Source: Takakia lepidozioides | Lineage: Eukaryota > Plantae > Bryophyta | Assembly: GCA_030704615.1 (NCBI GenBank) | Contig: CM060732.1 | Location: 31,496,001-31,560,000, forward strand | Reading direction: 5' to 3' | Length of the DNA stretch: 64,000 nt | In this document: positions 62,075-64,000 of the stretch, in pieces | How positions within the stretch are numbered: position 1 is the first letter of the stretch | How the letters are laid out: every line of letters starts with the position of its first letter | The notes under the pieces: model-generated | What the model was told of the DNA's origin: nothing | The model's database searches: none | Seen by the model: the letters and a program-made list of their open reading frames with translations, nothing else | Position numbers and translations under genes: made by a program

Positions 62075-64000
62075 CACCACAACATCCCTCCTCCAATATG
62101 ATGCGATGTTGGCAAATTTCTGGGGGTACACCTCGAAGATCAGTATAGGTCCATGCAAAAGCCGTACGATGTTTCTGGAAGAACTCCTTCCACATAGACA
62201 ATTCACTTGAGGGGATTGCCGTAGAAATTATAATGTCATTGGGCTCAGCAGCTGTATTCAGATTCAAAGTTTGATAAGGATCTTTCTTCACCAATGGAGC
62301 ACGGTCGTCATCAGCCGAATCATACCACGCGATATCTTCCGACGTAGTAGCCAATTCCCACTCAGATTCATGCTGCACCATATAAGATGATCGGGCTCCC
62401 TCCCATCGCAAAATAGCATCATCAGAGTCACTATCAAAATCACCATGTCAGGGGTACTCCCCGAGATTAGAAAATCGGTAAATCCGTCGGCGAACCACTG
62501 TCAATTTGAACGCCCGTAATAACAACACCATCTATTGTCACATCAAGAACGGGGGCACCTGGATCCGGATTGAGTGTGGATACACTCACTTCATGGATGT
62601 CATTATTCAGTGCCTGTCTCCGAACTAGAGATGACTGCAAAGAAGCCCTGTATTGAGGTGCAATAGCCAACAATTGCCGCAAAGAAATAGCACGTTGCAG
62701 AGTGTCCAGGTCCTTAAGTATATCAGAGTGAGCCAAGCCTTTAGTTAGAGCCATGACTCTTCTCCGTCGAGATCCCTTGGGATATCCTATCGTGCCATTA
62801 CCCATTTTTGGACCAGTATACTTCCCTCTTTTTCTCCGCTGGATTGGCTCCGTTTTGGGTTGGGGTATCGGGGCTGAGATGACAGGAGACGGATCGATAG
62901 AGTCCACGATAGTAGAAGATGGATGAACAACCAAACTAGGCGACATTATCGTTGGTATCGGATGAATATCGGGCATAGTGGGCAAAGATCGTTGTGCCTC
63001 CTCAATTGGCTTGGGGTTCACACTATCGGGAATTTTTAAAGCAGAGTCTTCCATGATAGGGTCCATCGGCAATAACTTACGAGCTCTAGTGGTAACCATT
63101 TTAACATGGGATTTTCTGATTCAACATTAAAATAATAAGATTGCAAAGGGGTATCGGCTACTTCCATCTTGCCTTTGCCTTTCAAAATGACTATCTTATC
63201 AGCCAAATTTATATCACTTGTCCTGTTCCTCACATAATCCTGTACTGTTACTCGATTCACAACTCGATTGATATTAGTATCTCCAAAAGAATGTGACGGG
63301 CCTGCGGTTGATGGAACTGGTCCTGAACCCATTGGCGCAGGGACTGATGAAATTTGCTGATGGATGGGATTCTGGGGGTACGGACTCTCGCATTGTTTAG
63401 CAATATGTCCCTGACCTCCACAACGCCCACAAAGCATAATATAATCAACCGGGGCTTAGGATTAGGGCATTCACTGGCAATATGTCCAATCTCATGGCAA
63501 CGATAGCAAACAGGATATTGTCCATTCCTTGATCGTCGCGCAGGCGGCCGATAAGGAGCATTGGTCTGTTGTGGATACATCTGCTACTGCTGGCCTCCTC
63601 CGCCTCCATAGGTTTGGCCATAGGCTCCCTGAGGTGGTATCCCCCGCACTTGTTGTCGAGTAGGGTGATTAACCGACTGGTACCAACTCTGTGGTCCTCG
63701 GGTTGGTCTCCAGGGTTGCTGAACCTGGGAAGACTGGTTAGACCATTGAACAGCCACACGCTGGTTGGCAGATGGTGGAGTCAACCCAATTTGATTGACA
63801 TCCCAACCCGTCCTCGGCTTGTTCTTTATTGGAGTCAAACCCATAGCCGATTGTAAATGACAACATTGTAATATCACATGTCATGTTTTACCACAATAAC
63901 CACATTTAGCAACAGCTCCATTAATGGGATTAGTCACTGGTCCCACAGGGCGTTCGTTAGCAAGGTGTCCATGATCCTGACAATTAGAACACCACATATT
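62075..64000 (-). pseudogene. Degenerate Ty3/gypsy gag-protease-RT remnant
   Basis: CYRCHEIGHIASEC and CGRCGGQGHIAKQC knuckles; VQIDSGS; FAWTYTDLRGVPPEICQHRI. Confidence 0.85.

Overview
Eukaryotic, almost entirely transposon-derived window, most likely from a non-seed land plant (inferred from spliceosomal introns, plant-type Ty3/gypsy lineages and a PGG-domain gene remnant). It has one 500-N gap. The highlight is a 14.3-kb Mutator-like DNA transposon (14186-28454) with short TIRs and a target-site duplication. It encodes a GCM-like/MULE/SWIM transposase on the minus strand. On the plus strand it carries a divergently oriented, intron-containing passenger gene that joins a ParB/Srx-like domain (FYVWDGNHRLLAW) to a beta-class N4C/N6A-type DNA methyltransferase domain. 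Its non-coding regions are filled with several different tandem repeats that all carry the palindrome GGAAATTCGGCGCCGAATTTCC or its half-site, including a large inverted array between the two genes. A 7.9-kb deletion derivative (46341-54270) lost the passenger gene but kept and expanded the arrays. The proposed model (inference) is a ParB/parS-like, element-specific epigenetic marking or anti-silencing system, analogous to VANDAL/VANC. The window also holds four Ty3/gypsy elements or remnants: a chromovirus, a full-length element with extra ORFs and a same-family solo LTR inside its integrase, one with a duplicated RNase H-like domain, and a fragment. Smaller features are a decayed cytosine-5 methyltransferase fragment, LINE fragments, MITEs, CACTA termini and a second MULE-family remnant. 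Domain calls are by eye from motifs; no searches were run.
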